From Macrostomum lignano (taxonomy: Eukaryota), in contig NIVC01000977.1 of the NCBI GenBank assembly GCA_002269645.1, positions 310,001 through 374,000 on the forward strand: a DNA stretch of 64,000 bases, read 5' to 3'. Position numbers and translations under genes: made by a program. The notes below the pieces were generated by a model. That model was not told where the DNA came from, ran no database searches, and saw only the letters and a list, made by a program, of their open reading frames with translations. This document shows, in pieces, positions 33,773-46,959 of the stretch. The number at the start of each line of letters is the position of its first letter. The stretch's first letter is position 1.

Positions 33773-35957
33773 CTTGTGCCAGACTCATGCATTTAAGATG
33801 CGCGCTTGTGCCGGACTCATGCATTTAAGATGCGCGCTTGTGCCGGACTCATGCATTTAAGATGCGCGCTTGTGCCAGACTCATGCATTTAAGATGCGCG
33901 CTTGTGCCAGACTCATGCATTTAAGATGCGCGCTTGTGCCAGACTCATGCATTTAAGATGCGCGCTTGTGCCGGACTCATGCATTTAAGATGCGCGCTTG
34001 TGCCGGACTCATGCATTTAAGATGCGCGCTTGTGCCGGACTCATGCATTTAAGATGCGCGCTTGTGCCAGACTCATGCATTTAAGATGCGCGCTTGTGCC
34101 GGACTCATGCATTTAAGATGCGCGCTTGTGCCGGACTCATGCATTTAAGATGCACGCTTGTGCCAGACTCATGCATTTAAGATGCGCGCTTGTGCCAGAC
34201 TCATGCATTTAAGATGCGCGCTTGTGCCAGACTCATGCATTTAAGATGCGCGCTTGTGCCGGACTCATGCATTTAAGATGCGCGCTTGTGCCAGACTCAT
34301 GCATTTAAGATGCGCGCTTGTGCCGGACTCATGCATTTAAGATGCACGCTTGTGCCAGACTCATGCATTTAAGATGCGCGCTTGTGCCAGACTCATGCAT
34401 TTAAGATGCGCGCTTGTGCCAGACTCATGCATTTAAGATGCGCGCTTGTGCCGGACTCATGCATTTAAGATGCGCGCTTGTGCCGGACTCATGCATTTAA
34501 GATGCGCGCTTGTGCCGGACTCATGCATTTAAGATGCGCGCTTGTGCCAGACTCATGCATTTAAGATGCGCGCTTGTGCCGGACTCATGCATTTAAGATG
34601 CGCGCTTGTGCCGGACTCATGCATTTAAGATGCGCGCTTGTGCCGGACTCATGCATTTAAGATGCGCGCTTGTGCCAGACTCATGCATTTAAGATGCGCG
34701 CTTGTGCCAGACTCATGCATTTAAGATGCGCGCTTGTGCCAGACTCATGCATTTAAGATGCGCGCTTGTGCCAGACTCATGCATTTAAGATGCGCGCTTG
34801 TGCCGGACTCATGCATTTAAGATGCGCGCTTGTGCCAGACTCATGCATTTAAGATGCGCGCTTGTGCCAGACTCATGCATTTAAGATGCGCGCTTGTGCC
34901 GGACTCATGCATTTAAGATGCGCGCTTGTGCCAGACTCATGCATTTAAGATGCGCGCTTGTGCCGGACTCATGCATTTAAGATGCGCGCTTGTGCCAGAC
35001 TCATGCATTTAAGATGCGCGCTTGTGCCAGACTCATGCATTTAAGATGCGCGCTTGTGCCGGACTCATGCATTTAAGATGCGCGCTTGTGCCGGACTCAT
35101 GCATTTAAGATGCGCGCTTGTGCCGGACTCATGCATTTAAGATGCGCGCTTGTGCCGGACTCATGCATTTAAGATGCACGCTTGTGCCAGACTCATGCAT
35201 TTAAGATGCGCGCTTGTGCCGGACTCATGCATTTAAGATGCGCGCTTGTGCCGGACTCATGCATTTAAGATGCGCGCTTGTGCCAGACTCATGCATTTAA
35301 GATGCGCGCTTGTGCCAGACTCATGCATTTAAGATGCACGCTTGTGCCAGACTCATGCATTTAAGATGCGCGCTTGTGCCAGACTCATGCATTTAAGATG
35401 CGCGCTTGTGCCGGACTCATGCATTTAAGATGCGCGCTTGTGCCAGACTCATGCATTTAAGATGCGCGCTTGTGCCGGACTCATGTATTTAAGATGCGCG
35501 CTTGTGCCAGACTCATGCATTTAAGATGCGCGCTTGTGCCAGACTCATGCATTTAAGATGCGCGCTTGTGCCGGACTCATGCATTTAAGATGCGCGCTTG
35601 TGCCGGACTCATGCATTTAAGATGCGCGCTTGTGCCGGACTCATGCATTTAAGATGCGCGCTTGTGCCGGACTCATGCATTTAAGATGCGCGCTTGTGCC
35701 AGACTCATGCATTAAGATGCGCGCTTGTGCCAGACTCATGCATTTAAGATGCGCGCTTGTGCCAGACTCATGCATTTAAGATGCGCGCTTGTGCCGGACT
35801 CATGCATTTAAGATGCGCGCTTGTGCCAGACTCATGCATTTAAGATGCGCGCTTGTGCCGGACTCATGCATTTAAGATGCGCGCTTGTGCCGGACTCATG
35901 CATTTAAGATGCGCGCTTGTGCCAGACTCATGCATTTAAGATGCGCACTTGTGCCAG
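33773..35957. repeat. 32-bp intergenic minisatellite (~68 copies)
   Basis: (cttgtgcc[a/g]gactcatgcatttaagatgcgcg)n. Confidence 0.98.
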
Positions 35958-36667
35958 TGCGCGCTTGCGTCACTGAGAGCTTAATCGCGCTTAGTTAAAA
36001 AAATGCGCGCTTAATCATGCGTCCCATTACGAGCGCGAGTATGTTGTAGCGAATATTGAACTCTGCTACAGGGTACATATACTGAAGCAATCTGTATGCA
36101 TACCTTCACCATGTGTATTCACTGTTACACAAAACCGTACGAACCGTACGCGAAAACATAAACATTAATTTCTAAAACTAACAATGCGTTTTATCCTCAA
36201 AAAAGAAAAAAATGACAGATGTGAAGTTCAACACGGCCAATTCAAATCATGAATCGTCATAAATTCGGGTAACAGAACAGAATAATGAATAAGAATATTT
36301 CTCTTTTGAGAAGGGAATCCTATAATTAAGAGCCTTAACGCTGACAAAAGTAATTTATTTAATTTTTTCTTAAACGAATGCCAAGGCCATTGGGGTCAAA
36401 TATTTCATTAAATAGCCGGCAAAAGACACTCGTATAGATCAAGTAGCTATAATTTACAACTAAAATAATTATATTTCAATTTCAGTACGAGTATCTACGA
36501 CCGAACGCTTTTCGTTTGAGACCCTACAGTTTTCACGGAATATAGTAGATTACAGTATTATAACAAAGGAATTACGCTACAAAAAGTAGTCACAGGAAAT
36601 TTTTTAAGGTCGAGAAAATTTGTAAATAATTGGATCAGTGAATCAATCAGTAAATTTGAAGGCCTCC

Positions 36668-38083
36668 TTACTCTTCATCCGGTGCAGCTGGGTTTTTATT
36701 GTCAACTTTGAAGTCGAGGAGAAGTCCCGGCTCGTCTTCGAACTTTCTTCTCATCCAGTCGATATGGTCGGGGTGTTTCTTGCAATAGTTAAAACATTTC
36801 TGCTGCACTTCATCATTCTTGCTAGCAATTGTGTGCTCAAGTCGACAGAATTCTTTAGGGTAAATCGGATTGCAAACTTTAAAATGGTGCTCCACTTGAT
36901 AGTACTCCACTTCTCTTTGGCCCGCCCACTTGATCTGACGGCTCAATGTTTTGAGAATTTCAGCAATTCGCTCCTTCTCTGAGTTGGTTGCCTTTTGATT
37001 GGAATGCGAGTTCTCGACAGAATAGTACAATGTAAGGCCTGTCCTAGGAATGCTTGGAATCTCCGGTGCCGGTGACAGGTAATTTTCTTTATTTTCTACG
37101 CCGGGCACACATGGTTTCTGCAGTCGTGGCAGGTCAGAATTTGGAAGACATGTCTCCAATTGGCTAACAATTAATTTAAAACTGGGTCGCTCCTCGGGTT
37201 CCGATGCAAGCAGTAATTTCATCACTTTTTCGTTGAGAAACTCAAATTTGTACTTCTTGTCCACCTCTTCTCCGAAAGTTGAATGCTCCGGTACATCTAC
37301 GTCGTTCGGTCGTTTTTTCGGAAACTCTCTAATCAGACACTCGAGCATGAGGACGCCGAATGAAAAGCAGTCGACCTTTAGTGTGTATTTGGACCTCCTA
37401 TCCAGTTGGATTTCCGGTGCCATGTAAGGACCAGTTCCTTTGCCTCCGCTCTTTTCAGGGGTGTCATCTTTTCTGCTCAAATCGAGATCGCATACTTTGC
37501 AAATTGTACCGTCCTCAAACAGCAGAACGTTGCCACTCTTGACGTCTCTATGCAGGATATTTTTACGGTGCAAATAATCCAGACCTTCGGCGATCTGCTT
37601 CAGCCATGTTAAACAGCGGCGCATGGTGTAACCAGTGGCGATTTCATTAGATGTATCGCCAGGGAAAGTCGGGACCTCAGAATAGAGAAAACCGTACAGA
37701 CTCTGCTCACCAGCTTCCATTACAAAGAAAATTGTCTCGCCGTTGTCTTTCATTGCAAATGTGGTTACAATATTTTTGTGATTACACTGCGAAAGTAGCT
37801 CATACTCCTGCTGCAGCTGCAACCTCTCTTCTTTGGTGTTGCAGATCGGTATCTTTTTGGCCAAAATTGTTCAAATCGGCAGTTTGGGTTTTAAGTCGGA
37901 TGGCGGAATCCAGTTTTTAATGAGTTTATTAGTGCGTATGTTTTGTACCGTTTTATTTAAAAAAGGTTCACAGTGCGGATCGAGGCAATTCAAAAGGTTT
38001 TCGTCATTTTCCTCCGTCTGGTTTGCCGCATCCTCTGCAATTGGCACGGTGCTGCCCGTGCAGTGTTGTTTCAAAATGCTCAA
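36668..38083 (-). pseudogene. Intronless TKL (TAK1/MAP3K7-like) kinase relic or pseudokinase
   Basis: ORFs 38083-37871 and 37864-36668 are in one frame, separated by a single TGA. Motifs: LAKK, QEYELLSQCNHKNIV, WLKQIAEGLDYLH, HRDVKSGNVLL, KVCDLDLSR (DFG replaced by DLD), GTGPYMAPE, DCFSFG. No GxGxxG loop and no in-frame ATG before the kinase domain. Confidence 0.75.
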
Positions 38084-39109
38084 ACTTTACGAACGCGAAT
38101 TGGCGTCAGATTATAGCTAGCGAAACTTTTTTTACGACTAGCTACACTTTGCTGCTTATATTGTCAAAAGAGCTCCATAACTGTTTCGCTCTCCCTTTGC
38201 CTGCATACCCCTCTCTGCCCGTGGATAGTAAGAGCACAGGAAAAGAAATGGAAGGCTGGAAGACCCTGGCGCACTTTAAGCGACATTGGCATACAACCGG
38301 CGAGAGGCATTGCTGCCCATTCCGCCGACTCCCCCTGAGCAGGCACACAAGTGCGCGGATACGTACGCAGTCATACACTCACGCAGGAGTGTACAGCTAC
38401 CCTAACTACCCTATTTATCGTTAGGCATGTAAACTTCATTGTGCCTTTGGGGTGGGGGGGGTTGGCCCTCAAGGCTATTAATTGTACGACCAGAGCTAAG
38501 CCGAGATTCCAACTTATAGCTTCAGATTAATGTGACTGCACTTGGGAATCGAGTCTGGGCCGCTGGCACATCAGAGCGCCGCGCCAGGCCAGAATGTTTG
38601 CCGCATGTGTGTATAATGTAATTTTAGTCAGTCGCTTTGGTCTTAGCAGAAGTTGCTCAACTATGGGATGTTGAGCTGCTGCTGCATAGCTGCAGTATGC
38701 GGGACGTTGTGACTAGGAGCGTAGTGGACGAGAGTTATTACAGTAAATAGTTGGATCTTCCCAATCCAGTTACTTCCCTGACCTTTCCAGACAATTGAAA
38801 CTTGGCTAGCTTTTATGTAATTTTGTTGGTCAAGTTGAATCGAAATGCTAATTCTCATTGACAACCTGCAGAAATAGAGCAAATTTGACCCAAATGTTTT
38901 ATAAAAATCGGAAAAGCAGAAGTGTTTCAATAGCTAAAAGTTCAATAAATTCTCGCTCACCTTTTACTACGTATTGTCTACTAAATTAACATATAGTCTA
39001 TGGCCCATGCCTCAGGACGTCACTCAGAAGATTACAGCAGACTTTTGCTCAGCTTTTGGCGCAGATTCCACGCGCGCAATTTATTTTTGACTAACTAAAC
39101 CCGCCCGCG

Positions 39110-40006
39110 ATGCTTCCCGACGGATTCAGCGACGAGGCCGATCGGCGTTCCACCGCCCGCTGGACGCCGCCGTCGGCGCTGCCCGAAGCCACCGAGGCCG
39201 ACCGGCAGCTGGTGCGAGCAACCCAAGCCGCAATTGACGCGGCCAGCGCCGAGTTGGACAGCAACTCGGATGAATTCGACGATCAAGAAATGGACAAACA
39301 ACGCAAGTTGTCCCGATCACTCAAAGGCCGTGTCCGGTCATTCTTCCGCTCCGTGCTGAACAGCGGGGGAGGCGGAGGCGGCCGGCTGAATGTCAGCAAC
39401 AGCACCGGCGCCGAGGGCAATCATCGCAAGACGACCGGCGGCTGCACTCAGCGACGCAGAAGGCCGAACGATCTCGACAAGCTGGAGAACGTGTCGAATA
39501 CGAAGCCGGTGTCGCCGACACCACCACCTGCCAACGAGGCCCAGCAGCAGAAAAACGGCGGCAACGACCCAGATAATAAGGACGAAGCGCAGGCGGAGGA
39601 TGAGCAGCTGCCACCAACGCCGCCGCCGCAGCCGGAGCCGGCCGAGGAACAGCAGCCGCCCGAGTCGCAGAAGCTGGCGCAATACCCGCCAATCGAACGG
39701 CCAAGGATTTTCCGCGGCGGTCCCACCACGGCCAGGCACAAACAGACCCAACAGACTCTGTTCAACGAGTGCCGCGTGATTCCCGTAGCCACGCTGTACA
39801 AGAAGGTTGCCATGGTGCCGGGCAGGGGCCGGCTGTTCCTGTCGGCGCCCAACAACCCGCGCCCGCTGGGCAGCAACATGCTGTACGACATCGCATACGA
39901 GAACAGGCGGCATCACAGCGACTGCAATCGCGATTTCGCCAGAGCTGGCTTGAAGAAAATCTGCTCCAACTATTGCAAGCCTAGCCAGTTTCGCTATGTC
40001 TACTGA
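39110..40006 (+). CDS. Intronless uncharacterised protein, 298 aa
   Basis: ATG-started, GC-rich ORF with coding-like codon usage in AT-rich surroundings. It has an acidic/Pro-rich disordered middle and an ordered-looking C-terminal ~90 aa. No family recognised. Confidence 0.65.
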   Translation: MLPDGFSDEADRRSTARWTPPSALPEATEADRQLVRATQAAIDAASAELDSNSDEFDDQEMDKQRKLSRSLKGRVRSFFRSVLNSGGGGGGRLNVSNSTGAEGNHRKTTGGCTQRRRRPNDLDKLENVSNTKPVSPTPPPANEAQQQKNGGNDPDNKDEAQAEDEQLPPTPPPQPEPAEEQQPPESQKLAQYPPIERPRIFRGGPTTARHKQTQQTLFNECRVIPVATLYKKVAMVPGRGRLFLSAPNNPRPLGSNMLYDIAYENRRHHSDCNRDFARAGLKKICSNYCKPSQFRYVY

Positions 40007-40984
40007 CAAGTGGCCAGTAGTATGAGCCGCGAATTTTATTAATTTTAAACAACAACTCATATTTTTTATACGCTTATCTTGTCGAAAGAGCGCGGCTTAG
40101 CAGAAAACTGAAAAAATATCGACATGAGCGTTTTTCTAATTACCACGCTTAGAAACTAAACACATCTTCGGTTGCCATCCCATCAATTGAAACACGCAAA
40201 ATAGTTAAAAAAACAAATGCACTTATTAATTTTCATACATCATCAATTTTTTTGACGGTCAAATAAACGAAAAACAGCATCGGCTAAAATATTAACTGAT
40301 CAATCTTCATCAAAACTTTGATTGTGAAGCAAGTCAAACTTATGCCAATAAGTTCAAGCCGTTTGGAGAAAACTTTTGCAATGCAACTTTTGCCTGATTG
40401 TACATGTAGAACTTCTCTTTGTGGATGAATCCTCTCTTCAACCAGTTGCCGCAAATTATTCGCGTCGCAATCGCTACTTTCTACTATTGGCAGTAGAGAA
40501 CTTCGCAAAGCGAAGCTAAACTGTCGTGACGAGAAACTAAAATAAGAAATAAGAAAAGAGCAGACAGAACGATTTCATTTCATTTCTCAAGCGAATCGCA
40601 CCATTATTTTATTTCGGACAAAACAGCCTATTTACATGGGCTTACGACAAATCAAGGATGGATATTGCTAGACTTTATACAGCAGCAGCGACAGGTAAGT
40701 GAAAAAATCTGCAGTTATAACAAATCCTAATACTGAGAACTCAATACGAGACATGCCATTTGGGGTGAAAAATCGTTAAAAATAATAGATAATAAACAGA
40801 CTCTGAATGACGGACTTGATTATAAACAAGGCTGAATTAATTTTAAACAAAGCACCGATTAAAAAATTCATTGCGAGAAAAAATCTGTTGATTAAATTTA
40901 AAAGTTCTGACGAAATAAGGTGCGCTAAAGCAACTGAATGAAATATTGGCTTCCTGACCTGCACTGATCCTCAACTAAGGACAT

Positions 40985-41215
40985 CCAACTCTACTCTACC
41001 CAAACCTACTTCTACCCAAATCTACCTTATTCTACCCAAACCTACCCTACTCTACCCAAACCTACCATACTCTACCCAAACCTACCCTACTCTACCCAAA
41101 CCTACCCTACTCTACCCAATCCTACTCTACTTTACGCAAACATAATCTACTCTACCCAATCCTACCCTACTCTACCCAATCCTACCCTACTCTATTCAAT
41201 CCTGCCCTAATCAAC
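40985..41215. repeat. 20-bp minisatellite immediately 3' of the TTC38 stop
   Basis: (ctaccctactctacccaaac)n. Confidence 0.88.
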
Positions 41216-41236
41216 TCTCAAGTCCAAGTCAGAGCA

Positions 41237-44200
41237 TCACTCTGAGCAGGTCTCTCCGTGACGCAGGTGCTCCCGACGAAGGCGAGCCATCGCCGCATCG
41301 TCCTGTCGACCTTCGGCCTCCGCCGCGGCCAGCAGACTGCTCAGCACGGGCCAGTCCTTGGCCAGGCAGGCCGACTGCGCCAGCACGCAGGTGAAAATCT
41401 CCCGCTGAGCCCGGCTGCCCCCGACGCCGGCCAGCCGGTGCCGCAGCGGGTGCAGCCGCCGGCACACCGCCGAGTGGTCGCCGGCGAGGAAATCTTGGGT
41501 AGCCGCCACCAGACCGGCGGCGCCGTCCTCGCCGAGGCCGCCGTCGACGGCGATGCCGCGGCACAGTCGGACGCTGTGATGCCACTCCGGACGCTGTTTG
41601 ATAGTGTCGGCCAGTCTGTCCGAGAATTCGGCCAGCTGATCTGTCCGGCCGGCGCAGGCCAGCGCCAGGGCCAGGTGGAAATCGTAAAACAGCAAATCAT
41701 GACCAGGCGTGGCGCCGGCTTTGCAGGCGGGCGCGGTGGCGGCGGTCATTTCGGTCAGGGCGGAGTCGCACAGCTCCTGCCAGCGCTTGCCGACGTCAAC
41801 GCCGGCCACCTGGAAGCGGGGGTGGGGGTGAAAATTAAATTATTGAAAGTTTTGCTTTTACAGCAAGACAGTAAGTTTTGTTTCGACTTTTAAATGTTTG
41901 ATTTGACCTTCAAGTGTTTCGTCAGACCTTTAAATGTTTTGATTGACCTTGAAATGTTTCAAATGACCTTTAAGTGTCTACTTTAACCTTCAAATTTTCA
42001 GTTTGATATTCTAATGTTCCGTTTGACCTTCTAATGTCCTGTTTGACCTTCGAATGTTCCGTTTGACCTTCTAATGTCCTGTTTGACCTTCGAATGTTCC
42101 GTTTGACCTTCTAATGTCCTGTTTGACCTTCAAATGTTCCGTTTGACCTTTACACGTCTACTTTCACCGTAATATGTTTTCTTAACCATAAAAGCTATTT
42201 TTAACTCTAGCAATGGTTTATTTGTAGGCATCTCTGTGACATAAAAAATGACAAGCAATAAACAGATGGCACTCACCTGCAGCCTAAACAGCAGTGACAC
42301 GCAGTCCGATGCGGGAAAGGCTCCCTTGCTAGCAGTCAGCGCGTCCAGCATGAACTGATCGTACAACTCCAGAGCCCGGTCTGTCCGGCCCGTGTTCATA
42401 TAAAACAGCGCAGTGTGCCAGGTGTTGTGACAGCTCAGATGGTTGCCGGGCAACCAGCCGGTCTCCCTGGTGCCGAGCATGTAGCCGAGGCCCTGAGCGT
42501 AGCGGCCAGTGGAGTGGAACACGTGAGCCATGGAGTGGTGGGCCCACGGGTCGGCCGGGTTGAGCCACAGCGCGCTGTCCAGCACGTCGGTGGCTCGCTG
42601 GAACTGGTAGCACTCCTCTAGGCCGAACCCGTGACGGGACAGGGCGAACGGCTTGAACAGATTGGAGTTCGAGTAGTGCGGCACGACCTGGCGGGCGGGT
42701 TTGTTCGCCAGTTTTTACTCGCTTTCCTAGAAATACAATATTCTCGATTCTCTTTAGGGGAGGGGCGATTCTCATGATGGGAGGGGCGATTCTCGTGAGG
42801 GGAGGGGCGATTCTCTTCAGGAGAGGGGCGATTCTCGTGATGGGAGGGGCGATTCTCTTCAGAAGAGGGGCGATTCTCGTGATGGGAGGGGCGATTCTCT
42901 TCAGGAGAGGGGCGATTCTCTTCGGGGAAGGGGCGATTCTCTTCAGGAGAGGGGCGATTCTCTTCGGGGAAGGGGCGATTCTCGTGATGGGAGGGGCGAT
43001 TCTCGTCAGGGAAGAGGCGATTCTCTCATCTGCCTCTCACCTGAGCGCCGAGGTCGCGCATCCGCAACGAGTTGCCGCTCATCAGCGCCACAATGAAGGC
43101 TTTCTGAAAGGCGGCATAGTCGCCTGGCCACTTCAGCAAGTGGCGGTCCAGCAGCGACTCCAGCGCAAGCCAGTCGCCATCGAGGCTGGTCTGAAGGTTC
43201 AACAAAGTTGAGTCCTCCCAATCGGTGAGACAGCCAGCTCTGTTGGGAGAAGCCGGGTGTCATTATCAATCTCTTTGTTTCATAACTTTTTGCTATGGCT
43301 TTGCGTGTCCGTTCCCCATCCGTTCATCTCGGTATCTCATGTCATCTTAGTTTTATATCGGTCCGTTCTAATCTCTCAATGTTTTGTCTCCTCTCTGATC
43401 CATCGGAATCTCCTTTCATCAATCGGAATCACATCTTTCATCTATCGGAATCCCATCTTTCATCTATCGGAATCCCATCTTTCATCTATCGGAATCCCAT
43501 CTCTCATTTATCGGAATCCCGTCTCTCATCTATCGAAATCCCGTCTCTCATCTATCGAAATCCCGTCTCTCATCTATCGGAATCCCGTCTCTCATCTATC
43601 GGAATCCCGTCTCTCATCTATCGGAATCCCATCTTTCATCTATCGGAATCCCATCTCTCATTTATCGGAATCCCGTCTCTCATCTATCGGAATCCCGTCT
43701 CTCATCTATCGGAATCCCGTCTCTCATCTATCGGAATCCCGTCTCTCATCTATCGGGATTCCATCTCTTATCTATCGGAATCCCATCTCTTATTTAATCT
43801 CATTTCTAATATTCTTTCATCTATTCTTTCCGAGTCTCATATCGTTTCTTCTTAACATCTCAGTCTCTATGGAATTTTTGGGCAAACCCGAAGCAAGTCT
43901 CAGCTCAGTTATAACCACTACCCCAGCTCCCCACATCCGCACCTTCTCTTGCTGTCCACCAGGTCGGTGACGCGGGCCATTCCGTCGGCAAACTCAGGCG
44001 AGCCTCGCTCTAAACTGGGCAAAACCAGAGAGGCGTGGAGCAGACAGCCAGGCAGAAATTCGGGCTCAGATTCGAGCAGGCGAGTGAGGCAGGCCTCCAA
44101 GCCGCCCAGAGACGGCTCATCTGTGAGGCTGGCAAACTGGTGCAGGGTGGCATGGTAGAGCTTTGCTGTGGCCTCGCTGGTGGTTGGCAAGGCAAAGCCG

Positions 44201-44250
44201 CACTCTTTCTGCCATTGGTGCAGGTTGTAGAAACTGGCTGGGCAGGACAT
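41237..44250 (-). CDS. TTC38: Tetratricopeptide repeat protein 38 homolog; 4 exons, about 496 aa
   Basis: Exons (minus) 44250-43943, 43239-43041, 42687-42277 and 41809-41237, GT-AG and in phase. Motifs LPTTSEATAKLYHATL, SLGGLEACL, NPADPWAHHSMAHV, LSCHNTWHTAL, DCVSLLFRLQ, RWQEL, LLFYDFH and VGGSRAQREIF match recalled TTC38 motifs in order. Confidence 0.92.
41890..42150. repeat. ~20-bp minisatellite, TTC38 intron 3
   Basis: gtttgaccttctaatgtcct and gtttgaccttcgaatgttcc units. Confidence 0.88.
42745..43027. repeat. 21-bp minisatellite, TTC38 intron 2
   Basis: (aggggcgattctcttcaggag)n and variants. Confidence 0.9.
43415..43795. repeat. 22-bp minisatellite, TTC38 intron 1
   Basis: (tcatctatcggaatcccgtctc)n. 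Confidence 0.92.
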
Positions 44251-46959
44251 GTAGCATGCATAGCATAGTATACTATTCTGTGTTGTTACAAAGCTTGACA
44301 TAATGTAAAAACATAACAATTCAATGAAAAATTATCTTAAAAAGACTTAATAGGCCTATATAACTAGCTTGAAAATTGAAAACAAAGCTCTAAATTTAGA
44401 ATAGTCCTAGTGAGGCTTGACAATTTAAAGATTTTATTATTAGTGATCAAACTGTAGTATTATAAATAAAAGCTAATAAGAAATATTTCTATAAAAAGCT
44501 TAGAAATATAATTTTTTAACATTGTATATATTTTGCACTAGTTTTTTTATTTTTGATACATTGTCTTTATTTGGCATTATTCTTTATTTGGACTCTTGAT
44601 TTCAATTTACATTTAAAATATAGTCAAGTTGAAAAAACTCCTACTAAAATAAAGAATATTCAACAATTATTCTATCAAGTTCCGTTTGTCTAGCTTTGGG
44701 ATAAACTTATTTTATATTGTATAATTTTGGGCACAAAAAAACTGTCATATACTATGGATACGTTTGTTCAGGACATTCGGTTAATAAAATAAAATACATA
44801 AATGATCCAGAAGCGGAATATGAAAAAAATTCTAGATATCTCATGGACATCAGTTAACGAGTTACATTGCATGAGTTAAGAGGGTCTACGAACTATTATA
44901 ATATTTATTAAGTTAATGTTCTTCTGTGCAACAAATAGCTAGGCCTAGGCCTACTTATACTTTACTTTGATACTCACTGTTCAATTGTGTTCTATTCTAA
45001 TACCAAAAATGAAATTCAATCGAGAAAGCTGAATCAAAATTTTGTACAATAAACAAAGTTAAACACCGTTTTTATCCTGCAGTAACTTTATTCGTAGCAA
45101 AAATGAAGCTTTTTAGAAACAAAACCGCATTTTGTCGCACCCTTCGATCAAACCCATGAAAAAAGTTGCCTGCATTTGTTTTAATATTTATCAGTTTAGA
45201 GTTCAATTTAATGTACATGTACACCACATGAACAAAGCGACCGTACGTGGAGTTCATGAATGAACTCAAGTCAAGTCCAGTCCTTACGTGTCTCAAGGAC
45301 GACTAATTGATACATATAGAAACAAAATGGAGCGCGCATTCAGGTCGTAAATCATCGATATGACTCCACACAATTCTGAATTACAGAAATAGATCGAAGA
45401 CCATTACATGTAAATCGTCAAAACAAGGACTAATGTACGTAAGAATTCAAAACAGTGCGCTAGTGTTCTTAAGTAAGTCCTTGATCAAAACATCCTGTCC
45501 ACTCCCTGGCCGATCTTCCCGTTCACTACACTTACACATGCATGCAGACGCTGGACCATGCACGATCGGGAGTATAATTACATGTACATGTACTCATGCT
45601 TTGACATAATTGTGGCTATATGCATGAAATACTGCCTACATACTTTTCATTCGTCGTATACGTCTGTACATGTATGTATACATTGGTCATACATGTAATA
45701 TAATGTTGACTTCTACCTGAACATACATGTACATGTACATATAACTGGTCAAATGTTTTGCACTTCTTTCTGTACAGTATGCGGTGCATGCATGATTGAT
45801 CTGTTTGTTGTGAGAATCGTCTATACATAGAACTTCTTATAACTTCTACTACGGTATGCAGACCTTGCATGTACATGTACAATGTAGGACACAGATCGAT
45901 TCCCAAAGATATACATGTACATTGCACAGATTACAATCGGATCGAGCTGGACCGTGTCACGTACTAGCTACTGTATCAAATAATTTGATCTTTTTTACGA
46001 ACATCATTAATTTGAAGCAATTCTGAAGGTTAACTTTTAATATTCCGAGAGTGCATGTGTATATATGTATACTGGGTTGAGGAAAATTTGGTTTGATCAT
46101 TCGATCACATCATGGATTCTTCTCAATACAGCTGTAAACTTGACTGACTGCATGCTATGGAATCGTGGTTTGTTACAAGTACGTTTTCGCGTTAAAATTA
46201 TAATGCGTTTTCTTAATTAGTTTGCGTGTTCATATACATGCGCAGTACACCAGTATCCGATTTATAATCACAGTATCCGATTATAAATCAAATTATAATC
46301 GCAGTTCACAGTTCATACAATGCAAAGTATCTAAGAAGAGGATACTGCGCAGTGTTACGGCCTGTTACAGTACGCGTTATTCATATTATAAAATTTTATA
46401 TTATGCTGATTAGAATAAACACCACACACACACACAATCACGCACCGGGCACTTGTTGGTACGGTATACAATGGTGGGCACTTATTTTGCAATTTTTTTT
46501 GACACACGAAAACACACACATACACACAGTGCAATGACCTATTAAGTATTTTTAGCATTTAAATGATGAAAAAAAGCATACATTGAAATAAAAAAGCACG
46601 TCCCATACTAATAGTATGATCTATTGAAAGTGAAGGAATAGCATATCATCGTGTAACTATATTGTCCTCAGTCCAGCGAATTCAGCATTACTTGAAATAC
46701 AAAAGGCTTCGTTAAAGCCAATCCACATGAAGGAAAAACTAGTTACAAGCAGTCTATTTACCTTTACCTTTACTAATACGCTATAATGCTGTACGCAATA
46801 TGCCTGACTAATATGAATAAAAAATTCAATTACACTTGCGCTTAGAAAAAAACCTAAAATTGACAGTGAAACTGAAAAACTGAAACGCAGAGATTAGTTA
46901 AGCAGATTAAACAACAAATTCCGGTCGAGTGAGAAAACAGGAGTCTCGTTATTTAGAGC

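Noticed and set aside
38540-38592. Additional tRNA-SINE heads (here on minus; also ~10240-10295 on plus)
   Set aside because: Only a B-box-like motif is evident, with no convincing A box, body or tail.
12255-44250. Dicer, kinase relic and TTC38 as one minus-strand operon
   Set aside because: They are 8 kb and 3 kb apart, and a plus-strand ORF (39110-40006) lies between the kinase and TTC38.
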